A DNA stretch of 55,753 nucleotides from NCBI GenBank assembly GCA_964548405.1, contig CAZJPW010000004.1, forward strand, positions 1 through 55,753, in the 5' to 3' direction. A model generated the notes under the pieces. That model was given only the letters and a program-made list of their open reading frames with translations. It ran no database searches and was not told the origin of the DNA. Of the stretch, positions 20,404 through 28,749 are shown piece by piece. The stretch's first letter is position 1, and each line of letters opens with the position of its first letter. This DNA comes from an uncultured Candidatus Saccharibacteria bacterium (GTDB lineage Bacteria > Patescibacteriota > Minisyncoccia > Portnoybacterales > UBA2143). Position numbers and translations under genes: made by a program.

Positions 20404-21629
20404 TTTTTCTCCTCCCTATTTTTGATTTCAGCCGATTTCTGTTCTGCTGCTCCGATAACACTTCTGGCCACGTTGGCAACAGCTTCGGAAATAAGGACCC
20501 ATTTAATGTCCTTTTTTTCGATTTTGGTTTCGTCAATTACTTTTTTCATGGCTGCTGCTTCGTGTTGTGATGCCTCTTCACGTAGTTTCGACACCACGAC
20601 CTGACTTGAAGCAGCTTCGATTACCTTGGGTGGGCGAATGTTATGTATGGTAATTTCACCCTGGATCCCGAAATGCTTCATTTCTTCATTGAAGCCTTTA
20701 GTGATCTTTTCGGCCAGTTTGTTGAGTTGACTTTCGTTCATTTCGGTTAGTCCGATGTCACCAGGGTTATTTGAATCTTTAGGTTTGCTGCAAAAATATC
20801 CGGCAGTAGTCCTGTTTAGTACCGTTTGAATCCATTGATCTTCAAGCTCTGCCCTATCTTTCACTCTCAGGGCATACTTTATGGCGGCATTCTCGACTTC
20901 TTCATGGCCGCCGATTTTATTCTGGGCGACCCATGTTTTCGTTCGATAGTCCACTAGAGGTAAGATATTGTCTTTAGTGTTGACTTCTACTAGATCCGGA
21001 TCTCTTTGTAGGGGAACCAGACTAACGAGTCTTACTTCGTCATGCCATACTTTTGGGATGAAGATTCTTAAACCTTCTTTTTTGGCCTGATAGCCCCGGT
21101 AGGGTTTTTTTTCTGGATCGGATCCCCAGACATTGCGGAGTACCCAAATATGATTTTCAGGTACATCGGCAAGAATTGCCTTAACCTCGTCCATCAGGCT
21201 CTCGGGGTTTTTTTCCGTTTTTTCCTTATTCTTCTCGCCTTCTTTTTTCTTATTAGTTGCCATGACGCTCGCGCCCCCGGCAACAATAGCGAAAAGAAGA
21301 ACAAGAATCAGCCCAATCAACAGCTTGGTTAAAAGTGAGACTTCAATAGTTCGGGTGAGCAGATAAAATGCTCCGCCGAGCAACAGTACGGCTACGGTGA
21401 ATATTATACTCAATACCCCTCTCTTAACGAAATCAGGCATCTTGACTCTCTTTTTTTTGAAGATTAATGCCGCAGTCACTGCGATTACGACTACCCCAAT
21501 TCCAATAAGAATTATGGGATTGAATTCGGGCAATCCAAATTTCTGGATTGCTACCGAAATCAAGATTACGATCAAAATTACCGCCGAGGTTAAACCGATG
21601 GCTTTGAATAGAGTAGATAATTTTTTCAT
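20400..21629 (-). CDS. SPFH/band-7 (stomatin/HflK-like) membrane protein
   Basis: N-terminal TM helices followed by GLRIFIPKVWHDEVRLVSLVPLQRDPDLVEVNTKDNILPLVDYRT and ...GIQGEITIHNIRPPKVIEAA, which match the SPFH consensus (GL..IPFID.V...DL....D.....TKDN....D; I.DI.PP..V..A). Confidence 0.6.
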   Translation of the reverse strand: MKKLSTLFKAIGLTSAVILIVILISVAIQKFGLPEFNPIILIGIGVVVIAVTAALIFKKKRVKMPDFVKRGVLSIIFTVAVLLLGGAFYLLTRTIEVSLLTKLLIGLILVLLFAIVAGGASVMATNKKKEGEKNKEKTEKNPESLMDEVKAILADVPENHIWVLRNVWGSDPEKKPYRGYQAKKEGLRIFIPKVWHDEVRLVSLVPLQRDPDLVEVNTKDNILPLVDYRTKTWVAQNKIGGHEEVENAAIKYALRVKDRAELEDQWIQTVLNRTTAGYFCSKPKDSNNPGDIGLTEMNESQLNKLAEKITKGFNEEMKHFGIQGEITIHNIRPPKVIEAASSQVVVSKLREEASQHEAAAMKKVIDETKIEKKDIKWVLISEAVANVARSVIGAAEQKSAEIKNREEKK

Positions 21630-21762
21630 CTTTTTCTCCTTTCAATCTTTTCTGAGTTTCAGTAAATGTTATATAAATTTTGAAGGGACTTGATGAAACT
21701 AGCCCTCCTTGTTCTAGTTTCGCTGTCTATATTATATATTACAAATATGGATTTGTCAATAG

Positions 21763-21791
21763 TTGACTGATGATTAAAAAGCGTTTAGAAT
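21763..21791 (+). promoter_or_regulatory. candidate tRNA-Leu promoter (TTGACT-17-TAGAAT) overlapping the palindrome gtcaa-tag-ttgac
   Basis: The -35 element is at 21763-21768 and the -10 at 21786-21791, with the tRNA beginning at 21801. The 13-nt palindrome at 21755-21767 could be an operator. Confidence 0.3.
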
Positions 21792-21800
21792 TAATGTTAA

Positions 21801-21884
21801 GCCTTGGTGGCGGAACTGGCATACGCGTCGGGTTTAGGACCCGATTCCCGCAAGGGATTGAGAGTTCGAATCTCTCCCAAGGCA
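21801..21884 (+). tRNA. tRNA-Leu(TAG), class II
   Basis: GCCTTGGTGGCGGAACTGG...TCGGG TTTAGGA CCCGA with a long variable arm, then GAGAGTTCGAATCTCTC CCAAGGC A. The anticodon is TAG. Confidence 0.8.
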
Positions 21885-21886
21885 CA

Positions 21887-23062
21887 ATGGCTAAACTTAA
21901 GAAAATTCTTCAGTCTGTTAGGATTGAAGAATATGTTTTATTTATTTCCTCTTTAATTGTATCGTCTGTTTGTTTAATCCTGTCTTATCAATTAATTGGA
22001 TCTGGATATTTTGGGCATGGTTTTAGAACTGTTTTCTTAGGAGTAAAATATTTCTCTGTAGTTTTGGTTTTTGTATATTTATATATTTTTTACAAATTAT
22101 TCCTCTATCTGACTAACTGGCTTTCACCTTTTTACAAGAAAAATTTTCCTAAAGATTTATCAAATCCTTTAATTGGAGTTTGGCCCAGAATCAAGAACGT
22201 TTTAATTAATGTTTTAGTTATTCTAAGACCGTTTTTTTTGGCGGTTGTTTTTTTTAGTCTGCTTACCTTGCTGCTTGGTTTCTTTTCGGTTTATCTCCAA
22301 GAAAGTCTGATTGATGATCAGTTAATGAGAGTGGATAAGTCTTTATTTAGTTCATATCCTTTTTTCTGGTCATATGATTGGATTCCGTTTTTCAAATATC
22401 TTTCTCCCTTAATTGTTTATTCGTACAATCTATTAGGAACTATGATGGGTGTAAGCTGGATTATATTCTATTTAACTAAAAAAAGAGAAATATTCAGCAA
22501 ATATATTGTAGCTATGGTTTTGTCCTCTATTATCGGTTTAATCTTATGGTTCATTTTTCCTGCTCTTACTCCTCAAGATCGTTATCTTGATAATATATAT
22601 GGTTTAGAAATCAATCCTTCAATACAGGCATTAATTAAAGATTATAATCCTGATAAGTATGTATTGGATTTTCAAGAAGAAATACGTTTAGAGCCGGACG
22701 AAGTGGGGGGTGTTAGTACTATGCCTAGTATGCATGTGACTTGGTCAATGATTATTATTTACTATCTCTTTAAGTTAAAAAGGAAGACGGTTTTTATCAC
22801 CTTACCTTGGTTCTTTCTTTCTACTTGGGGAACATTCTATCTGGCCGAACATTATTTTGTGGATATCTTGGCTGCTTTGCCGATAATTGTGGTAGTTATC
22901 TGGCTATCTAATTTATTGGTTAAAAAGGAAAAGAAGTATTACCAGATAGGAAAATGGGATGATCGAGAGGATGAATTTAAAAGAGGGATAAATAGGGATA
23001 TTCGGAAAATATCTAAATTTTTCAAAAATCTTTTGTTTGTGGATAAAAAACTTGACAAGTAA
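21887..23062 (+). CDS. polytopic membrane protein, PAP2-superfamily-like
   Basis: The track ORF starts at 21770 and runs through the tRNA, so I re-called the start at MAKLKK (21887). The motifs PSMHVTWS and AEHYFVD resemble PAP2 signature motifs 2 and 3. Confidence 0.4.
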   Translation: MAKLKKILQSVRIEEYVLFISSLIVSSVCLILSYQLIGSGYFGHGFRTVFLGVKYFSVVLVFVYLYIFYKLFLYLTNWLSPFYKKNFPKDLSNPLIGVWPRIKNVLINVLVILRPFFLAVVFFSLLTLLLGFFSVYLQESLIDDQLMRVDKSLFSSYPFFWSYDWIPFFKYLSPLIVYSYNLLGTMMGVSWIIFYLTKKREIFSKYIVAMVLSSIIGLILWFIFPALTPQDRYLDNIYGLEINPSIQALIKDYNPDKYVLDFQEEIRLEPDEVGGVSTMPSMHVTWSMIIIYYLFKLKRKTVFITLPWFFLSTWGTFYLAEHYFVDILAALPIIVVVIWLSNLLVKKEKKYYQIGKWDDREDEFKRGINRDIRKISKFFKNLLFVDKKLDK

Positions 23063-23217
23063 AGGCTGTTTGGATAAAATTAACTCTAAGTATGGATACT
23101 TACCTAACCAAAACTTATTTATTGTTTGCAGTCTATTTTATTATCTGGCTTGGTCAGACTGGTTTTGGTTTAGCGAAAATTAGAGCATAGGGTAAAATAT
23201 AATTTTCTATAAATCAA

Positions 23218-23241
23218 AGCCGGCCTGGAGCCGGTTTTTTG
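23218..23241 (+). terminator. hairpin terminator
   Basis: agccggcctggagccgg followed by tttttt. Confidence 0.5.
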
Positions 23242-23246
23242 TTTGT

Positions 23247-23287
23247 CCTGCGCTTTTGGGGAAAATCCTCCAAGCAACAAGCGCAGG
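23247..23287 (+). promoter_or_regulatory. long-stem hairpin in the 5' region of the GC-rich gene
   Basis: A 9-bp stem cctgcgctt / aagcgcagg encloses a 23-nt loop (ttggggaaaatcctccaagcaac). It lies about 70 nt upstream of the ATG at 23360. Confidence 0.35.
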
Positions 23288-23359
23288 GCAGGCATATCAA
23301 GTAAGTTCTTTTAAAGAGTTTTCTATAAACCCAAAACCCAAAACAAGAGAAAAGGAGAA

Positions 23360-24559
23360 ATGGCTATGTTTTCAGTTGTAACTCATGAAAAGGATGATTT
23401 TGCAGTTGAAGCACTGGATAAGTTTAAAAAAAGAGGATATCCAGTAAATGTTTTAACAGACGGGGAATATGCTCAGCCAAGCGATCTGGCAATATTTTCT
23501 GTCAACGGAAATGGTATCCAGATAAACTTTCCAGGACGACATTCGAGATTAGCTGCTCACCGGTTGATTGAGGCGGGAGTGGTCCCGGAATGGGCCTTAT
23601 CTACTCCATATCTGATAGCTATCAGAAAGCATCCCAATCAAAAGACTTGGCAAACCTTTGATAGTACAGTCAAATTTATCGGCCAGATGTACGAGCAATG
23701 GTTTGCCGGGATAAGAAACTGTAATTGTCCCTGGGGCTGTGAGCCAACCGGCGATTCCTTGTCATTTTTCACAGAGTGGCAAAAAATGAATATGTCGGTA
23801 ATAGCCGGTTCGGTTTCCGATAAGGTTAGGCAATTCTTCACTTATTTAGAACCCCTTAACACCGAGTGTTTAAGAAAGGCGGTCGAACGAGTTGATGGGA
23901 ATCTTCGGGCGGTTTCTGCCTTCTGCTTTCATTCGGATAAATCCCGAGAAGGAATTGTTGATTCTAATCCACTTATTGAAGGGGCGGTGGCAGAATTGAT
24001 TGATTTTTTACCGATTGAGCGATTGGATGTTTTCACCTTTCATCCGGATGATATCCCTGTTTTGGAGAAGTACAACTTACAGGATGTAATTCTTTCCGAG
24101 CTTTGGGGAGACCGTTCGGCTTTTGAAAAACAATGGCAGGCGTCTGAAAGAATTGTCCAACTCACCTCTAAAGTCAATCTTCTACCCCTTAAAGATCTTT
24201 TCCAGGATGAAAAGCAAGTTGAAGAGGCAATCAGAATAGCTAAGGCCCGGGCTGGGATAATGGCAAAAGTTATTGCTAAGGATCCCCCACCAATTTTCCA
24301 AATGCTCAGTAAAAAAGAGCAGAAGAAAAGATTGGCAGCCGAGGCGGTTCTCTATCTTCTTATGACCGCTCGGTTTCCAGAGTATGTTTATATCGGGTTT
24401 GAAGTTCACGCCGAATACTGGCGAACCGGGGAACTCTTTAAATGGGGCAAAAATTATCTTCCGATTCTTTTTACCCCTAAGTGTCTTCGTCAACATTGGG
24501 GAGACTGGAATGTTGATGAGGCGCGAATAGCTGAAGTCAGAAAATTGGCTTTGGCCTAA
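23360..24559 (+). CDS. hypothetical cytoplasmic protein (399 aa), GC-rich and W/C-rich
   Basis: RBS aaaaggagaaatg is present. No TM helix, and a Cys cluster CNCPWGCEP. At about 44% GC it is well above its flanks. I recognise no family. Confidence 0.6.
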   Translation: MAMFSVVTHEKDDFAVEALDKFKKRGYPVNVLTDGEYAQPSDLAIFSVNGNGIQINFPGRHSRLAAHRLIEAGVVPEWALSTPYLIAIRKHPNQKTWQTFDSTVKFIGQMYEQWFAGIRNCNCPWGCEPTGDSLSFFTEWQKMNMSVIAGSVSDKVRQFFTYLEPLNTECLRKAVERVDGNLRAVSAFCFHSDKSREGIVDSNPLIEGAVAELIDFLPIERLDVFTFHPDDIPVLEKYNLQDVILSELWGDRSAFEKQWQASERIVQLTSKVNLLPLKDLFQDEKQVEEAIRIAKARAGIMAKVIAKDPPPIFQMLSKKEQKKRLAAEAVLYLLMTARFPEYVYIGFEVHAEYWRTGELFKWGKNYLPILFTPKCLRQHWGDWNVDEARIAEVRKLALA

Positions 24560-24570
24560 CAAAAATAGAA

Positions 24571-24606
24571 GGGGAGCAAGCAAGGCGCTCCCCTCTATTC
24601 TTTTCA
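24571..24606 (+). terminator. rho-independent terminator
   Basis: aggggagc-loop-gctcccct followed by ctattctttt. Confidence 0.55.
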
Positions 24607-24635
24607 AAAACAAAAAGATTATCTATACTAAAATT

Positions 24636-25628
24636 ATGTCTAAAATACCATTTATTGATCTACATCAGGATATTGCTAGTAATATTTTAATTCTTTCCCA
24701 TAAGGATTTTTTTAAGAAGAACACAATAGCTGATGGTTATAATAATGTTGGGTTGCCGGTTAATAATCAAGTTGATTTTCCGCGTTTAAAAAAAGCAAAT
24801 GCTAAATTAGTTTTTGCGGCCGCCTGTCCTTTTGAAGTCAAAAATGGAGATGCTAAGATTTCTTCCAATCCTATTTTAGATACTTTAAAACAATTGAAAA
24901 TATATTCAGATTTAATTAAAAAAGAAGATGATTTGGTTTTGGTTAAAAACTGGGAGAATTATCAGTCATTAAAGAATAATAAATTGGGCTTTATTTTACA
25001 TATTGAGGGCTCTGATTTTATTGATCAGGATTTACAGGAATTAAAAGCTGTTTATCAATTAGGGGTGAGATCTATTGGTTTAACCCACAATCAAAGAAAT
25101 CATTTAGCGACCGGAGCATCTGAAACAAAGGGCGGCTTGTCTAATTTGGGCCAAGAAACCATTATCAAAGCTCAGGAATTGGGGATGATTATTGATTTGG
25201 CCCATCTTAATCAAGAAAGCTTTAATCAAGCTATAGAGATTGTAAAACCGCCATTTATGTTTTCTCATGGAGGACTTAAGGAAGATTTTGATAATCCTAG
25301 GAATTTAAATAAGAGACAGATAAAAAAAATCGCCCAAAAGGACGGCATAATTGGTATTTGCTTTGTACCTAATTTTTTGTCAGATAACAAGGTTAGAGTA
25401 GTAGCTAAAATTTATTCTTATTTAAAAAAGATAGTTGGGGTTAATAATTTAGCAGTAGGCAGTGATTTTGATGGAATCATTTCAAAGAAACTAGTTCAAG
25501 GCCTAGAAGATGTTTCTAAAATTCAGAATCTGCAAAAAGCTTTAGTTAAAGAAAAGTTCAAATTAGCTGAAATCGAGAAAATTTTCTATAAAAATGCTGA
25601 GGAGAAGTTATTAAGGCGTCTCATTTAA
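24636..25628 (+). CDS. peptidase M19 (renal-dipeptidase-like) family protein
   Basis: N-terminal IDLHQD (H-x-D), then GVRSIGLTHNQRNHLA...GMIIDLAHLNQESF...PFMFSHGG, matching M19 zinc-ligand regions. A -10-like tatact lies 6 nt before the ATG and no SD is present. Confidence 0.6.
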   Translation: MSKIPFIDLHQDIASNILILSHKDFFKKNTIADGYNNVGLPVNNQVDFPRLKKANAKLVFAAACPFEVKNGDAKISSNPILDTLKQLKIYSDLIKKEDDLVLVKNWENYQSLKNNKLGFILHIEGSDFIDQDLQELKAVYQLGVRSIGLTHNQRNHLATGASETKGGLSNLGQETIIKAQELGMIIDLAHLNQESFNQAIEIVKPPFMFSHGGLKEDFDNPRNLNKRQIKKIAQKDGIIGICFVPNFLSDNKVRVVAKIYSYLKKIVGVNNLAVGSDFDGIISKKLVQGLEDVSKIQNLQKALVKEKFKLAEIEKIFYKNAEEKLLRRLI

Positions 25629-27337
25629 GATTCGTCTTTCTCGTCGTCTTCTCCGTCGTCTTCTCCGTCGTCTACAGGATACAAATCAGGGGATTTATAA
25701 TTGGAATAAAAGATTTGTTTTTCTAGTTCTTCTCCGCTCAGCTTATAAACTTCCTGGGTTAAGATGGCTTTCATAGAACCATCTTCATTACTTTCTAAAA
25801 TATAGGGCCCTTTGACTTTAACTGTCCTTTTGTCATCGGTGGCATAAAAATCAACAAAAACCTGGTTGCCTTGAACATAGGAATGGATTAAAAGATGGTT
25901 GGGCGTGTTGTTTATAAACATCAAGTCGGGTTTAGGATCGTAAACTGTGGCGTCAAAGCCTTGGGGATTGTAATATACAACTGGGAAAGAATGGTTCCTC
26001 CGTTCAGTTATTTTCAAGCCGGAATTAATAGCCGCTCTAAAAAAAGTGGTCGAAACTTGACAGACACCACCTCCATATTCGAGAGTAGTTTTCTTGTCTT
26101 TAATAACTAATTCAGCCAAGTATCCTTGTTCTGCTTCAGTCGGTCCTAAGAAGTTAACAAAAGAGAATTCTTCATCTGGACTTAAAATATATCCATTTAA
26201 TTTATTAACTGCTGTTTTAATATTATGTTTTCTGTTACTAGGCGATCCAGCGAAGTTGGAATATCCTTGGCCAATTAATTTTTTTATGCCCAATTCGTTG
26301 GTTTGCCATAATTTAATTTCTGATAGGGCTTTATCAGCTACAATAGCTGTTCTTTTGATTGGCGGGTTAGCCAGGAGATTTCCTACGAAGTTATCAAAAG
26401 TTAAATCCCTTTTAACTTCAAAACCGGGCTGGTCAGGGATAAAAACTGTTGCCTTATTATCCTTAGTTTCCATTTGAGCATTAGTCATTGGTTGATCAAC
26501 TTTAACCGCTATTTTATCTAGATATTTTTTGACTTTTTGGAAATCTAAATTAAAACCAAGAATTAGATTATCCGAATCATTTTCTTGGATTGGTTCAAAT
26601 ATTATCCAGTCAATTAGAATATTTTTATTAATTTTGTATTTCTTTCCTTCAAAGGTTAGATAATATGGTTGGTTAGCCATAATTCTTTGAGCTTTTTCTT
26701 TAGCTGTTTTAATTTCATCATTTTCCACTTCTGGCTGATCAATAATTAATTCCAAAGTAACTTGTTCTGAATAAAAAGATGAAATTTGTTTATCTATATT
26801 ATCAATTAACTGTTTTTTATCTATGGTAATTCCTTGAGTTGAATGTTCAAGGGAAAAATCGTTTATTTCTGAATTAAAAACTAGGGTGGCGTTTTGGGCT
26901 GGCTTTTCAATATTTTCAAAAAGTTCGTTAGTCTTATTTTTAAATTGCTCTCCATCTATTTTATAAACAGGCTGAATATTATACGTTCCGAAAAGGGCAA
27001 ATATTTGTTCTTGGGAAGTTACGAAAAAGTTTGAATAATGGCCAATAGAATATATTTGATTAATAGTAGCTTTATTATCCAATTCAAATCCTAAATCAAC
27101 TAAGCCAATCAGCCAACTTTTGTCTTCGTAGATTAGCTTAAATTCTTGCTGGGCAAATTGATTCCATTTATCTTGAATAATCTGTTCGCTTTGAGAAATG
27201 TCTTTTCCACCCAAAGACAAACCAGCTATTTTAACGCCCCAGGCAATTCTTTGACCATTAACTATTTGGAGGGTTAGAATGAAATAGATTAAAAAAACAA
27301 AGACAATTAAGCCAATAATTTTAAGATTTTTTATCAT
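25625..27337 (-). CDS. VanW-family protein with N-terminal TM and acidic C-terminal tail
   Basis: The VanW core LEYGGGVCQVSTTFFRAAINSGLKITERRNHSFPVVYY is present. The C-terminus is DDGEDDGEDDEKDES. Confidence 0.7.
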   Translation of the reverse strand: MIKNLKIIGLIVFVFLIYFILTLQIVNGQRIAWGVKIAGLSLGGKDISQSEQIIQDKWNQFAQQEFKLIYEDKSWLIGLVDLGFELDNKATINQIYSIGHYSNFFVTSQEQIFALFGTYNIQPVYKIDGEQFKNKTNELFENIEKPAQNATLVFNSEINDFSLEHSTQGITIDKKQLIDNIDKQISSFYSEQVTLELIIDQPEVENDEIKTAKEKAQRIMANQPYYLTFEGKKYKINKNILIDWIIFEPIQENDSDNLILGFNLDFQKVKKYLDKIAVKVDQPMTNAQMETKDNKATVFIPDQPGFEVKRDLTFDNFVGNLLANPPIKRTAIVADKALSEIKLWQTNELGIKKLIGQGYSNFAGSPSNRKHNIKTAVNKLNGYILSPDEEFSFVNFLGPTEAEQGYLAELVIKDKKTTLEYGGGVCQVSTTFFRAAINSGLKITERRNHSFPVVYYNPQGFDATVYDPKPDLMFINNTPNHLLIHSYVQGNQVFVDFYATDDKRTVKVKGPYILESNEDGSMKAILTQEVYKLSGEELEKQIFYSNYKSPDLYPVDDGEDDGEDDEKDES

Positions 27338-27411
27338 GCTATTATTTCAATTCTACCACAAAAACAGGGGATACGTAATGTATCCCCTGTTTCATTTCTA
27401 TTTAATAAATC

Positions 27412-27984
27412 CTATTCGCTTTTAATCACTATTTTCTTAGTCTTAATCTTTTCAATCTTAGGCAATCTAATAGTCAGAATGCCATTTTTCATGCCGGCAT
27501 CGGCATGATCAACTTCTACGTCAACTGGCAAGATTACTGAACGAGAGAATGGTCCCCAATAGCATTCTTGATAGTAGTAATCTTCTTCTTTGACTTCTTC
27601 ATCTTTTTTTCTATTTCCCTTAATGGTAATCATGTCATTAGTCATGCTAATATCAATATCTTCCGGCTTTACTCCGGCAATAGTCGATTTAATCACAATT
27701 TCGGTAGGCGTCTGATAGACATCAATTGTTAGTTGGCCTTCTGATTCAGTTAGCCATTCTTCTTGTTTCTTTTCATTATCCTTTTCAGCTTTTTTGGGCA
27801 TAATTACCCTTTTAATCCTTTCAGCTGGCTGGGTCACAGAAATATCTTTTTGAGTTGCCTTAGTTTTGGCAGGCTCTTTTTTCTCTGGTTTATTTTTTAC
27901 TTCCTTTTTGGCTGCTTTTTTTCCAGAAGCATTTTCGTCTGAAAAGTTAGCGCCAGTTAATTTTTCGAAGAATGATGGGGACAT
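27412..27984 (-). CDS. Hsp20/alpha-crystallin small heat-shock protein with a K/E-rich N-terminal extension
   Basis: ACD region QLTIDVYQTPTEIVIKSTIAGVKPEDIDISMTNDMITIKG...GILTIRLPK. Confidence 0.8.
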   Translation of the reverse strand: MSPSFFEKLTGANFSDENASGKKAAKKEVKNKPEKKEPAKTKATQKDISVTQPAERIKRVIMPKKAEKDNEKKQEEWLTESEGQLTIDVYQTPTEIVIKSTIAGVKPEDIDISMTNDMITIKGNRKKDEEVKEEDYYYQECYWGPFSRSVILPVDVEVDHADAGMKNGILTIRLPKIEKIKTKKIVIKSE

Positions 27985-27999
27985 ATTTTTAATTCCTTT

Positions 28000-28749
28000 T
28001 TAAATTTTACAAATTGATTGTTGTTTTTTTAATTTTTTAAAACAAAGTGAAATTACTAAAGCCACAGAAATCAAGAGAATGGCGATTAGAGACAAAAAGA
28101 ACAGTTTACTTTCAGTTTCGCCAAAGGTAGTTAGAATAAGGTAATTATAGCAGGTATGAAAGGCGATTGCAATAGTTAAGCCGATTAGCACGAATTTTTT
28201 TCTTTTCTTAAGTTCTAGTAAACCGCGGGCTAGCCAATAACCGACTATGGCCGAAGCTAATACATGAAGTAAGGTTGCTCCTAGAAAGCGGAATCCGATT
28301 ACTCCCAAAGCTTGTCCTAAATTAGGGAAATCAACTTTAAAGAGAACCATTAGGTTTTCCACAGCGGCAAATCCTAAGGCGGCTACAATACAGTATATCA
28401 TAGCGTCAGTTGGTTCGTCAAATACGGATTTTTTGATGACTTGGAACCTGACTACAGCGTATTTGAGGTATTCTTCAACTAAAGCAGGGATTAAAGTGGC
28501 GGCTAATAGGGCGCTGATAAAGCTGTTTTGGGGTATATGAGATAGAATATCAAAAGGATGTATTGTTGGGTTAAGTAGCCAAATTAAGAGTAATTCAAAA
28601 ACAATGGCTAGGGGTGCTATGAGTGCACCTAAAAAGAAAACTTTTATAACGAAGCGGTTTGGCTCAGGGTTTTTATCTTTCCTCAGATAGAAAGAGAGCC
28701 AAATCAAACTAGGCAGAAGTCCTAGTAGAATGTAGAAAACGTATTTCAT
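28000..28749 (-). CDS. PrsW/CPBP-like intramembrane metalloprotease
   Basis: Polytopic protein with the motifs ALVEEYLKY (EExxK) and AFHTCYNYL (HxxxN). Confidence 0.5.
   Translation of the reverse strand: MKYVFYILLGLLPSLIWLSFYLRKDKNPEPNRFVIKVFFLGALIAPLAIVFELLLIWLLNPTIHPFDILSHIPQNSFISALLAATLIPALVEEYLKYAVVRFQVIKKSVFDEPTDAMIYCIVAALGFAAVENLMVLFKVDFPNLGQALGVIGFRFLGATLLHVLASAIVGYWLARGLLELKKRKKFVLIGLTIAIAFHTCYNYLILTTFGETESKLFFLSLIAILLISVALVISLCFKKLKKQQSICKI

Noticed and set aside
19381-21629. Prophage or integrative element at the tRNA-Leu locus
   Set aside because: There is no integrase, no excisionase and no direct repeat of the tRNA 3' end. Only the compositional anomaly supports foreign origin, so I report it as an island-like segment rather than a mobile element.
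21770-21886. N-terminal 39 codons of track ORF 21770-23062
   Set aside because: They read straight through tRNA-Leu(TAG). I re-called the start at the MAKLKK Met immediately after the tRNA.
23638-24613. Minus-strand ORFs 23638-23841 and 24182-24613
   Set aside because: They lie antisense inside the GC-rich CDS and across its terminator. They lack an RBS and show no coding-like composition.
25630-25685. Direct repeat gtcgtcttctccgtcgtcttctccgtcgtc at the 3' end of the VanW gene
   Set aside because: It simply encodes the acidic tail DDGEDDGEDDE. It is low-complexity coding sequence, not a regulatory or mobile element.
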